Source: Octopus bimaculoides
Lineage: Eukaryota
Assembly: GCF_001194135.2 (NCBI RefSeq)
Contig: NC_068993.1
Location: 24,324,084-24,362,692 of the forward strand
DNA length: 38,609 nucleotides
Direction of reading: 5' to 3'
Made by a program: the position numbers and the translations under genes. Shown piece after piece: positions 1 through 11,916 of this stretch (positions are counted from its first letter, which is position 1; each line of letters opens with the position of its first letter). The notes under the pieces are model-generated. The model saw only the letters and a program-made list of their open reading frames with translations, was not told the DNA's origin and ran no database searches.

Positions 1-31
<31 letters not shown>

Positions 32-1178
32 GTATATATATATGTGTGTGTGTGTGTGTGTCTGTGAAAGAGGCAGAATGTGTGAGAGAGTGTATGCATG
101 TGTGCACATGTTTTGCATGTGACTGTATGTGTGTAACTTTAATCTTTTCTCTGAGAAGCCATTCATTTCCGACCATAGAGAAGAAATATTGGAAAATGTC
201 CAGTAAAATATCATTGCCTTCAGTAATACGATATAGGGTACCGTATGTTTCAGGGGGTGACGTACATCTGCATTTGCAGCATGAATCAACTAACACTTTG
301 TGGTTACATTTTGATTTTTTGATAACAGTTAAACATTACCTCCATCCTTACTTTAAAATCCCGTTTTATATGGTATTTCTCTGTAGTGCACAATGACATT
401 GATTTGCTACATTTATATAGGCCGTACTTGACCAGTTGAAACCAAAATGGTCAGCGAATTAGAGTTTCGGTTTCAATTTATTTGTACATAGAGATGCGAC
501 ATTTCTATTTTCTTTGTTATATACGGTTAAAGAAACAAATTTTAAGTACAACTTCACTACACTCTAACTAAATTTACGTGTATTTTCTTGCTATTTGACT
601 GCCAAATTTTGCTTTATACTAACTGCATTCATTAAACTTTCCCATTAAGTCACAAATTCATTCACTATGCAGTTTAATGCGAGTATATATCATGACTTAT
701 CATTTATAGTTTTACCAACTTATTTTAGATAGCTACAAATGACATTGACGCTATTTTTGTTAAACAGTGTATGATACTTCTGGCTGAGCTGGAGACGTTA
801 CTACTTTTAGCAATTTATATTATTGCTATTTACGTTCGATTCTACATACTGCACAAGAGTGAGTTAAGATAGATGATCTTCTTAATTGTTTCACTACTCT
901 TAGAGTTTAGTATGCCTGTTACTAATTAATTATAACTGTTGATTTCTTTAAGCATATAAGAAAGTGTTTAAAGTATTCCTTTCAGTACATCGCTTTTTCA
1001 CCCAGTTGTCTACACGGTTGACGTTTCCGTTTTTAAATCTTATGACTGAAGTTAACTATATTTGATCTGGAACCAAATCACAGCTTATATGCCGGCACAT
1101 ACGGTAAGTCCTTGGTAATAGTAGTATTACTAGCACACACATTCAAATCTATGCTCATACATAAGTTTCAGCAGTCTT

Positions 1179-1345
1179 TCAAGTGCTTAGAACTCTCCTG
1201 ATAATCCTTGCTGTCCCTAAGATACAAACCTTCGGTAAAATTTCTATTGGGCATTCTATTTCAATCTCCTTCAGCTATTTGTCTATATCATGGCTTATTG
1301 TTCCCAGCACACCAATTATCATAGGCATGACCTTTACTGTTCACA
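1179..1345 (-). mobile_element. 3' end fragment of an RLE-type (R4/Dong-like) non-LTR retrotransposon ORF
   Basis: Minus-strand translation VKVMPMIIGVLGTISHDIDK*LKEIEIECPIEILPKVCILGTARIIRRVLST* matches the characteristic C-terminus of R4/Dong-clade elements (PxxIGxLG ... LQKxxxLGTARIIRKVL); one internal stop. Confidence 0.8.
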
Positions 1346-1409
1346 TCTATATCCGATTAAGGGTTCTGTTCTTGAATTTACAGTTTCAATAATATTTTTG
1401 GAATTCAGC

Positions 1410-1550
1410 TTTGTTCCTGCCCTTTACATTTTCAATTCAAACCCTCACAGAGTCAATATTTATGGTCGACGAAAACAGGAGTGTGTCTGATTTAATCGAT
1501 TAAAATTCTTCACCTATTGCTGCCGAGCTTGTACCAAAATTTGAAATTAT
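1410..1550 (+). mobile_element. degenerate 3' part of SINE family 3
   Basis: gatttaatcgat...gccgagcttgtaccaaaatttgaaatt resembles the 3' tail of the copies at 29884-30097 and 19011-19210. Confidence 0.5.
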
Positions 1551-1699
1551 ATTCGGTGGTTGCGTGTTAGTTTCTTTTTCCTTTTTTCTTTTTCCTTTTA
1601 TTTTTCGGTGGTATGCTTTTCAGATTATTAACCCCTTTTTTAATTCGAAGAAATTTATTTACTTCTTTATGACACCATTACAGAATGGAGATATTTAAT

Positions 1700-4600
1700 A
1701 TTTCTTTTTGCTTCAACGAACTCCACTAAGTTTGCTTTGTCAAAGCAAATGTGCTTCATCTAAGGACCAACAAACGAAAGCACTTTCATGATGGCTCTGA
1801 TTGTAAGTGGCATGAAGTCACTACAATGCTAATCTTCGATCTTGAACATACAGGGTTAATTGTAGGAACAAGATTCTAAGAAAAGGTGTGCGTATTTCCT
1901 ACGGCACTTTGCTGAAATATTTGTAGCAGCCCGTGGTACATAAACAGTAGTGGTACTTTGACATTCTCTTAAAATCCTACCGTGGATCAGAATGATAGAT
2001 ACGGATTGAAGTGAAACGTAACTGAAATGTTGATATGATTGTACGGGAAACGTTTCTTGATTTAAGTAGAATAGATTTTAATTAATTAGATAAATTTTCA
2101 GTGTCCCCTATATTAGCCACCATATCGTCACTAAGCCTTGCTCTTTTGTGTTTTATTCATTTTCAGGCTACCCACTACTCAGTCTTGAAAACCCTTTGTC
2201 TTCTCATTTATGCTTTGCTAATGAGGTCTAATAACATCTAAACATTTCAAAATTTCCATCGTGATTCCAAATATACGACTCACACTCTTGCTTTCTATGT
2301 TTTATTTTTATTAATTTCAATGGCATGACTGTTTCATCTGTAGTTTTGGATAAGACTCATTTAATGAATTACAGTCATTTTTTTCTACATGCAATTTTAA
2401 GTAAATAATTTGACATTTTAAATTATTTATGTTAGACCCTACTTACTGTTAGTTGTTCATGCAACAAGTATTTCATGCTATTTTCCCATGTGATTTGTAT
2501 TGATTTTAAATCTAAATTCAACGTGACCATTTGTTCAAAACATGGATCGATTGAAACCATACAGAAAAATATCTCTCTATTTCCTAATAAAAATGATCAT
2601 CACTTTCGTTGTTTTGTTCTTTCTTTTGTAGTTCGATAAGCAATAGTGATCGCTGTAATATTAGTCATTTGAAGAAAATTCATTTCTTGCATCACTAATG
2701 GTTAAGAAAACGGCTAAGTCACAGTAAAAGTGTTTTTGTAGTGGCGCTTTTTAGAAATTTTTCGTGAAGTATGCTAGCGTTATTTCCCCCCAGCCTAGTC
2801 TCTTGGAAAAAAAATCCAGATTCTTGCACCATCCGTAGCTTGATATTCAGAAATGCCCCTTGTGTTAGTAGTGCTGGACTGAAATATGTGCGAATTCAAA
2901 AATAATCTAAAAATTTGATATAAACATGAAATAATAAAGAAGAAAATCACAAATGGCATACATATATTTATCACTTGACTATATTTGCCAAAGAAGAAAA
3001 GTACATAGTGTTTAAGTCAAATCTATATATATACAAAATATATTGGCAACGAATGAAATTTGTAGTAGCTTAATTTCATCTTTTAATTCCTTCAGTTCTA
3101 TTACCACGCGGAGATGCATTCAAACACAGTTATCGAATCATCTCTGACGTACAAATAGGAATATGAAACCTTAATTTCCTATGTGTTGCGTGAGAGCTTA
3201 GGTTGCATTGATGTTAGAGTAGGGACAAAAATGACAAGTTATTACATGTTAATAAATAGGATATATATGACATTGAATATCGTTGAGGAAATTCATCTTG
3301 AAATAATGTTTCTGACTGGCATTATATTAAATATTTTATGTCACTTATCTGTAAAATTCAGTACATTGAAAATGTATTAGTGACATGTATAGAGACTACT
3401 TGGATTTTGTTTCCACTTGATTGAAGAAAGAATTATCAGATACTATTGATGTAGAAGCATGAGATGATGCTAATGTAAAAGCAGCTCATAGAAATGTAAC
3501 TCATACACGCAAAAGGAGACACATATAAGGAAACATTTTATATCACTAAATTAAAAATTTATGTTATTAGAGAGACAAAGAAAGAGTCAAACCTGGCAAG
3601 TCACTGGTGTGTCTCCATGCAAACTGAAGAAGTAACAGATTGGATCACACTTCTGATGGTACGTTAAGAACTAGATTACTTAAGTATTGATAACCTGGAA
3701 AACCATTTATTAAGTAACTGGAAGTGAAAATGTCTATTGACTGTCGGATGCCACGAGAAGCGTGCGGTTCACCAATGGTTCTTGTGTTAGAATTGCGGGA
3801 CTGAAATATGTACGAATTTAAAAACTGAAGACATAGATAAAAGCAGTATAGAAGATATACTGACTGAGCATACACCATGTAAGATCCATATTTCTACAAC
3901 TCATCCTACTAACCTACTTTGCCTTCCATGAATCTACAATCTTCCCACTTTATAAGCCCCAAAACGTGAGGGACTAAGGAAAAACTTGGAAACCATCTCA
4001 TTGATTTCTAAATTTGTCACAAAATCACAAAGATAGCGCAAATGCAAACTTTCGGCTTAAAAGGAAAGGATTTAAGTGCCTCAAAATATTCAGTCCAGTA
4101 ACTATGAATACTACCTCGCTAGAAGTTTGAATAATATTTAATATTCTGACACGCATCACATGTTTGAAAAGCAAACACGGTAATTATATACTCTTCAGAT
4201 AACTTACCAGCTAAACCCCTTTAAATGTATTGAGAGTTCAGCTTAGATGGCGTGGTTATGGTTTTCCTTACACTATAACTCAATTCGTCAATTTACTAGC
4301 TTCTCATTGAAAATTTTATCACTAACAAAATGTTTCTTTTCTTCTATACATATTTGTGTATTGTTCCTTTTATGGTCGCCTATTGTTTAAGCGTGAAATA
4401 ATAGTAAATAACAATATTAATAAACTGTAAATCTTATTTTGAAGTTTCTTAAGTAGAGAGCGTAGAAAATTATAACTGAATTTTACGAGATTTTTAGTTG
4501 GTGCCAAGCCAAAACAATACACATTTATACACAAAACATGTATTGATTTAAAATCTTACTAATACATAAATATGAGACACGAGTAAATCATTAACAACGT

Positions 4601-4860
4601 ATATAACCAGATATATGGGTACATGGAAAGTTATTTCAGAACTAGAACTACATTAACACTAACAAATTTTGGAACTTTTCAATTTTACCTAAGTAATTGC
4701 ATAAAGCCAAATGCTGATTCGCCTTTTCTCATTTTCACAACATCAAATTACTACGCCGAAAAGAAATCTTGGAACAAAAATCAGTTATGTAATGCAGCTG
4801 TCATATATGGCACCTGGAGAGAGATTTTAGAGAGGTTATTAGTAGAAGCACGTGAGTGAG
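1700..4860 (+). pseudogene. TLR-like pseudogene A (LRR-NT, LRRs, LRR-CT, TIR remnants)
   Basis: Peptides in canonical order: CQSKC (1738) and YRVNCRNKIL (1849-1878), LRR-NT-like; FLDLSRIDF (2053); CNISHLKKIHFLHH*WLRKRLSHS (2654-2725); CKIQYIEN (3350); LQITYQLNPFKCIESSA*MAWLW (4193-4261), LRR-CT-like; RDF[L]VG needing a 1-nt restoration in a T run (4486-4502), TIR box 2-like; LIFTTSNYYAEKKSW...REILERLLVEA (ORF 4623-4859). Many stops and frameshifts. Confidence 0.6.
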
Positions 4861-5142
4861 TTATAATTGATTAGGTAACTAGCATGTTATAATACATAAA
4901 ATGCATAGATAGTAGATACTGCATACTTTTTCGAAAACATACCTTTTCAGAACATCATAACTAAAAGCATTCCATCCTTAATTGTTCAAATGAGTAATTG
5001 GAGAACTCGAAAACGTGAAACTTAATGTTGAATACGTACGCGTCTGCACATGAACACACATATACACACATACACACACATACATATATATGTGTGTGTG
5101 TGTGTGTGTGTGTTATTTTATGTGCTACTATTGTTTCATGTA

Positions 5143-5483
5143 GTGGAGACGCAATGGCCCAGTGGCTAGGGCAGTGGACTCGCAGTCGTGGGATCGTGGT
5201 TTCGATTCCCAGACCGAGCGTTGTGAGTGTTTATTGAGCGAAAACATCTAAAGCTCGACAAGGGTCCGGCAGGGGACGGTGGCGAACCCTGCTCTACTCT
5301 TTCACCACAACTTTCTCTCACTCTTCTTCCTGTTTCTGTTGTACCTGCATTTCAAAGGACCAGCCTTGTCACACTGAACCTCCCCAAGAAATTCGTTAAG
5401 GGTACACGTTAACTTCACGAGCAAGCTGTTCCGTTGATCGGATCAACTGGAATGCTCGTCGTCTAAACCGACGGAGTGCGACG
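5143..5483 (+). mobile_element. tRNA-derived SINE, family 1, full length with perfect 13-bp TSD
   Basis: Pol III A box TGGCCCAGTGG and B box GGTTTCGATTCCC; flanked by ATTGTTTCATGTA at 5130-5142 and 5484-5496. Confidence 0.9.
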
Positions 5484-5717
5484 ATTGTTTCATGTATTAA
5501 GAACATATCATAGACATGTATACATATATACATGCTACATGCATACATACATACATACATACACATACATATATACATATAAAACGAGAGAGTGAGAGAG
5601 AGAGAGAGAAAAGGAGCGGATTTTTCCTATGTGTCTATATCGATATCTATATAATATATATTCCTTTTCTCTTTTATTCTTTTATTTGTTTCAGTCATTC
5701 CTCGAGGAATATCAATA

Positions 5718-6982
5718 TCTATAAAACACAAGAAGTTTGTGTGTGTGTGTACGTGATGTGGGTTATGCACGTCCACAAATTAGCCCGCATGTCGCTCCAA
5801 TTTTAGGAGGACATTGTTCATGACCCTATCTGTGTTTTTGTCAACTTTTTCTCACAGAGGCACCCGCGTATAGCTGTGAAAGTCGATAAACTTTTACCAA
5901 TTTTGAAGTTTGTTGACATGGCGAAGTCAAATCTGTGCGTACGCGCGTGAAGGAGAGAGAGAGCAAGAGAGAGAGAAAGAAAGAAAGAGAGGGAGAAAGA
6001 AAGAGTGAGAGAGAGAAAGAAAGAGAGAGAGAAAGAAAGAGAGAGANNNNNNNNNNNNNNNNNNNNNNNNNNNNNNNNNNNNNNNNNNNNNNNNNNNNNN
6101 NNNNNNNNNNNNNNNNNNNNNNNNNNNNNNNNNNNNNNNNNNNNNNNNNNNNNNNNNNNNNNNNNNNNNNNNNNNNNNNNNNNNNNNNNNNNNNNNNNNN
6201 NNNNNNNNNNNNNNNNNNNNNNNNNNNNNNNNNNNNNNNNNNNNNNNNNNNNNNNNNNNNNNNNNNNNNNNNNNNNNNNNNNNNNNNNNNNNNNNNNNNN
6301 NNNNNNNNNNNNNNNNNNNNNNNNNNNNNNNNNNNNNNNNNNNNNNNNNNNNNNNNNNNNNNNNNNNNNNNNNNNNNNNNNNNNNNNNNNNNNNNNNNNN
6401 NNNNNNNNNNNNNNNNNNNNNNNNNNNNNNNNNNNNNNNNNNNNNNNNNNNNNNNNNNNNNNNNNNNNNNNNNNNNNNNNNNNNNNNNNNNNNNNNNNNN
6501 NNNNNNNNNNNNNNNNNNNNNNNNNNNNNNNNNNNNNNNNNNNNNNNNNNNNNNNNNNNNNNNNNNNNNNNNNNNNNNNNNNNNNNNNNNNNNNNNNNNN
6601 NNNNNNNNNNNNNNNNNNNNNNNNNNNNNNNNNNNNNNNNNNCTAGAAGGGACAGGCTCCTTATTTTTTGGTTAAGGTTGTTGGTAAGCTTTCCTAAGTT
6701 ACTCCAATCCAGATCCCCAATGCAAACCTTCAGATCAACCTTCTCCTATGCAGATCTCTAATGCAACATTTAAAAAAAGAGTCAATAAGTGAAAATAACC
6801 AATAAACTGATTCCTTATGGGATTTCCCAATCAAATTGCCAGCAAACCATTTTCAGCCAAACCAATTTCAACGGATTTCGCTCAAATCTGATGTCGATGT
6901 TACTTATTTTGGTTTGAAATAAAGGACTTAATCATTTAATAATCCTAGCTTAACCCCCAGCAGCGCCGGGTTATACTGCTAG
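5718..6982 (+). mobile_element. non-autonomous Helitron-like element spanning a (GA)-rich tract and an assembly gap
   Basis: 5' A|TC-TATAAAA followed by (GT)n; 3' GC-rich subterminal cccagcagcgccggg then CTAG|T at 6979-6983, fitting the Helitron TC...CTAG ends and A|T target. The 5' end could alternatively be at 5646. Continuity across N 6047-6642 is assumed. Confidence 0.6.
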
Positions 6983-7178
6983 TTATAGATATAAATGCAA
7001 ACATACGCATTATATATAAGTATGTGTATATATGTATGTACACATGATGGTTTAGCTGGTCGAAACAGAACTCATTCTCAATACTATTCTTGATAAAGAT
7101 TAATAAATTTGTACTCTACATAATTAGAGTAGACCTTCCAACTAATGCAAGATTTGTTTTTAAACTAAACAAAAAAAG

Positions 7179-7236
<58 letters not shown>

Positions 7237-7245
7237 CATATGTAT

Positions 7246-7400
7246 GACGGGCTTCTTTCATTTTCCGTCTACCAAATCCATTCACAAGGCTGTGGATAGC
7301 CCGAGGCTATAGTACCATGCGATGGGACCATGCAATGGGACTGACCCTAGATCGATGTAGTTGGGAACCAAACTTCTTACTACACAACCACGCTTGTGCC
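7246..7400 (-). mobile_element. tRNA-derived SINE, family 2 (octopus-type), internally deleted
   Basis: Reverse complement reads ggcacaagcgtggttgtgtagtaagaag...tactatagcctcgggc...gccttgtgaatggatttggtagacggaaaatgaaagaagcccgtc, matching a recalled abundant octopus SINE consensus; embedded in (TA)/(TG) repeats. Confidence 0.8.
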
Positions 7401-7454
7401 TATGTGTGTATATTTACATATATATATATATGTATGTATATATATATGTGTGTG

Positions 7455-7519
<65 letters not shown>

Positions 7520-7839
7520 TGATGGGAGGGTAATCCGCATGTATGCATACGTGTGTGGGCGGGCACACATGTCTGTGTGTGGTGCTAGTTCAATATGCGA
7601 ATGTTAGGATATATGAGATTTTGACGAGAGTGATAAAAAAATATTTCGTGCGTTAAGGCGGTTGCTTTATGGGCTATTTACAAAGCATTTAGGTTTGGCA
7701 GAGACAAATTTAAGAAGTCTACTCTTCACCTCTTATCCTATCTATACCTCTTTATTTTATTTGTTTCTTTACAGTCACTTCTTACCCTTAAGTTCATGTG
7801 CAGCTATCGTCTAACAACACGTTCGAGCAAGAAATGCCT

Positions 7840-8245
7840 CTTTATGTAAATCATACACGGATGCAATATGTCTGTTTATCTTACACACATATGTTTACAT
7901 CGTTAATTGCATTATCCAATGTTTGAAGCACGTAGGACCATCTTCCCTGCATTTCAACGGCACACAGACATACACACACACGTACACTATCACGCACGTT
8001 TATACATAGAATATACGCATACAAACATACATACATACACGCATACATATATATATATATATATATATANNNNNNNNNNNNNNNNNNNNNNNNNNNNNNN
8101 NNNNNNNNNNNNNNNNNNNNNNNNNNNNNNNNNNNNNNNNNNNNNNNNNNNNNNNNNNNNNNNNNNNNNNNNNNNNNNNNNNNNNNNNNNNNNNNNNNNN
8201 NNNNNNNNNNNNNNNNNNNNNNNNNNNNNNNNNNNNNNNNNNNNN

Positions 8246-8282
<37 letters not shown>

Positions 8283-8881
8283 GTATATATAATGTGCATG
8301 TGTGTGTATGCACATGTGAATTAAACTAACATATAAATTCTACTTTTCGTTTTATGTGTTTTATTAAAGGAGGTAAATAAATGTAAGTGTATGAACAAAA
8401 AAATATGACTCCGGTTATAGAGTCTTTCACGTACAGATAAAATGTCAATCGTTGAACGTGAACATAGATTATACAGAAAAACACTATCAGTCAAAGAATA
8501 TAATAGACTATAAGACACAACATACACCCACACAGAGTTATATACATATATGTACGTGAGAGAGAGAGAGAGAAAGAAGAGTGTGTGTGTGTATGTGTGT
8601 GTGTGTGCGTGTGTGTGTGTGTGTGTGTGTGCTTGTGTGTGAAATAGAGTGTGTGCGTCTCTTTACACACATAAACTTATGCTAAAAAATATGCAAAGTG
8701 TTTTGTTCATATGTATATGGAATCAGATCGATAGTTCCATTGACATATATACATAGCTATATTGGAATATACTTTAAATTGATGCTTTTATATAAACCAT
8801 ATATCTTAGCGATCGTTGTGTTTACAAGGAGTTCTCTCATTTCTCTTTTTCACTCTCTTTTATTTTTTCTTTCCGTCTCAC

Positions 8882-8929
<48 letters not shown>

Positions 8930-10880
8930 NNNNNNNNNNTGTGTGTGCGTGTGTGTGTGTGTGCGTGTGTGTGTGCGTGTGTGTGTGTGTATCCTATCCC
9001 TTTGAATATTCAATGAATATATTTTTCTACTTATTTATATAGTAATTGCTATCAATTAATCATTTTGAAAGTCTATCGATTTATTTATGTATATATTTTG
9101 TACAATGCACATATGAAGGAAATGTCTACATGCTGAAATACAAAACTGTAAAACAATCTACTTAGATAAGAACTCGATAAAAAGAAACAGAGAAATATGA
9201 CAAAATTATTGGTAGTTGAAACTGCATATGCGTAAGTACGGCTTACGTGTAACCAGCGTAGAGGAAGTGAATCACGGCCATGTACAACGCTTCCTATCCT
9301 ATATTATATGCGTGTGTGTGTGTACGTGCGCGTTCACGAACGCGCGTCTGCGTATATCTGTTCAAATAAGTCGCCTTCTTGAGGTGTCAATATCGAAGCA
9401 GTGTTGCAAACTTATGGGTTGTTAAAACTTAAATACTCTTCTAATTCTAAAGTCCTTATTAGTATTAAGCTTGTATTTAGTTCTCTGTGAAGTTAACACG
9501 TTTACATGGCACGCACTTTAGATCTTCGCAGAAAATTTTTTGATGATGTTGCTGTTGTTGTTACGTTGTTAACATCCTCTTCATCATCATCTATTGTTCT
9601 GTTTGCACCAAGATCAGTCCTGACGAGCAGTCTGTCTAAATTCTTCTTTTTGTAATACATACATTATGTTCAGGGACGATGTGTTCATGTTTTTTTTTCT
9701 AATAGATAAGTACTATTTGGGAAATATATACTGTTATATCTAGCATGTTATTCTTAGTCGAATATAATTTTTCAGTGAGTTTTGTGACTTAATTGGTTAA
9801 CAATTGTCTTAACTGTTTATGCATCTTAAGTCTCTGCGATACTTAGAATACTTGGAACTAATTTGGCTGTAAACTGACTGCATATGACGGTATATGAGAA
9901 CCTGTTGTTTATGGTTCAATCTCCCTTGCATCGGACCTTTCTGTCAGATCAGTATATCGTAAACAATGTCATACTCTCTCAAGTCTGGTGTACGTCAACG
10001 ATCGGTTATGTAGACAAAATTGCAGCATCTTCCCCAGAAAAATGCATGAAAAAGACAGTTGAAACTCGAGTCATCATAATATCTGGTTGTCTTTCGAAGA
10101 ACCGCCAATATTTATTTCGGAAAGACAAGAAAGCTTTCAACCATTTCTGCGCGAGGAATTCAATATATTGTTACTTCTCTTCCTCACATCTGTCCTTTGT
10201 CTCATCTTAAAGTCTTACAAATTTCTCCGACATTCCTTAAATGCTTTTGTTAAGTTGTTTAAATAGTGTTCGATCTTTTTCTAATCTCCTTAATAATAGT
10301 GCAATACCTTGATTACTGAAAGCTGATGTGATAGTAGCATTGGCTTCACATTACACATATAAACAAATGAATTTGCATAGGTATGCATAAATATGCACGC
10401 GTGTGTGTATGCATGTAAGTGGGTACGTGTGTGCACGCGTATATGTATGTGTATGAGTTTGTGACATACTATTTTGAACCTTTTTGTCCATACTGGCTTC
10501 TGCTGTCACAAGAAGGAATCTATTTAAAGTTATTTACGGACTACTAATAAATCGATGAAAATCTATTTGAACGTTATCATCGAACGTGGACCTGTACGAC
10601 TATTTATCTTTCATGTTCAAAATACTTTTCTAAGCATGAAATCTCGGGGTACTGAGCAGAGGAAATGGGTATGTGTGATTCTCCTGCCTTTAACAAGAGC
10701 ATGAATGGTTTTACAAATAATAAGAAAAGAAATGTAGGACCCAAGAATAAACTGTGATTAATTTCCTGCCAATAGTTTTGTCAAATTAGTTTTATAAGTA
10801 GAAAGCACTTATTGACACAGAAACTGAGAGATTGAGCTCTTTGTGCTGGAGGACATAATCAGAATTCTAAGAGTGTGATA
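7840..10880 (+). pseudogene. TLR-like pseudogene B (LRR-NT to TIR)
   Basis: IVNCIIQCLKHV (7899-7934); RTLDLRRKF (9512); LFMHLKSLRYLEYLEL (9813-9860); ORF 9884-10210 containing LSKNRQYLFRKDKKAF; SHLKVLQISPTFLKCFC (10200-10250), LRR-CT; hydrophobic FLSILASAV...VIYGLLINR*KSI with RW mutated to R* (tga at 10556); IVLSN*FYK (10772) and IELFVLEDI (10831), TIR-like. Confidence 0.65.
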
Positions 10881-11028
10881 TATTCTCTTCATACGCATGT
10901 ATGTATACAAACTACCACACACCTATACACACGCATATAATGTACATACACAGAAATAAACTGAATACATAAGCGCATGGGTGCATATGCCTAAATTTAT
11001 ACATGGACACATAGAAACAGGTAAGAAA

Positions 11029-11079
<51 letters not shown>

Positions 11080-11576
11080 NNNNNNNNNNNNNNNNNNNNN
11101 NNNNNNNNNNNNNNNNNNNNNNNNNNNNNNNNNNNNNNNNNNNNNNNNNNNNNNNNNNNNNNNNNNNNNNNNNNNNNNNNNNNNNNNNNNNNNNNNNNNN
11201 NNNNNNNNNNNNNNNNNNNNNNNNNNNNNNNNNNNNNNNNNNNNNNNNNNNNNNNNNNNNNNNNNNNNNNNNNNNNNNNNNNNNNNNNNNNNNNNNNNNN
11301 NNNNNNNNNNNNNNNNNNNNNNNNNNNNNNNNNNNNNNNNNNNNNNNNNNNNNNNNNNNNNNNNNNNNNNNNNNNNNNNNNNNNNNNNNNNNNNNNNNNN
11401 NNNNNNNNNNNNNNNNNNNNNNNNNNNNNNNNNNNNNNNNNNNNNNNNNNNNNNNNNNNNNNNNNNNNNNNNNNNNNNNNNNNNNNNNNNNNNNNNNNNN
11501 NNNNNNNNNNNNNNNNNNNNNNNNNNNNNNNNNNNNNNNNNNNNNNNNNNNNNNNNNNNNNNNNNNNNNNNNNNNN

Positions 11577-11615
<39 letters not shown>

Positions 11616-11847
11616 TATATATACACTCTCACATACACACCGATACACACAAAAATACGCACGCGCGGGCACACACACACGCACATGCATACACCGCTCT
11701 ATAAAGGTAAATCAACCAAAAGATTACTGCATTCAGTAAGAGATAAATATCAATTAATGTACACGATATAAAGATACGAGCTACTATCAGTTTCATGCAT
11801 TTGAAGGCGCGGGTCTAGACAGGTCCATTTTTGGTAGAATGCTTGAA

Positions 11848-11916
11848 GACTCAAGACGTATTATAAAAGTTTGCCGAGAGCGGCTCTCGGCAAGCTTTTA
11901 TAATACGTCTTGGGTC
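11848..11916. repeat. 33-bp near-perfect inverted repeat with 3-nt loop
   Basis: gactcaagacgtattataaaagtttgccgagag-cgg-ctctcggcaagcttttataatacgtcttgggtc; two mismatches. Confidence 0.95.

Noticed and set aside
18-396. ORFs of 92 and 116 aa at the window start
   Set aside because: Driven by (TA)/(TG) repeats; no recognisable domain.
2794-2887. Possible spliced exon of an F-box/LRR-CC protein (ttccccccag ... TAT|gtgcga)
   Set aside because: The frame continues upstream through stops into further LRR-like sequence and the donor is weak; an intronless pseudogene explains it better.
2630-3500. SEFIR-domain (IL-17 receptor) reading
   Set aside because: Resemblance was loose; the same peptides fit LRR consensus better and lie between LRR-NT and LRR-CT motifs.
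5143-5220. tRNA gene
   Set aside because: A and B boxes are present but there is no complete cloverleaf; it is the head of a TSD-flanked SINE.
9720-10330. Decayed coiled-coil ORF on the minus strand
   Set aside because: Multiple stops and no family match; the + strand LRR reading is far more coherent.
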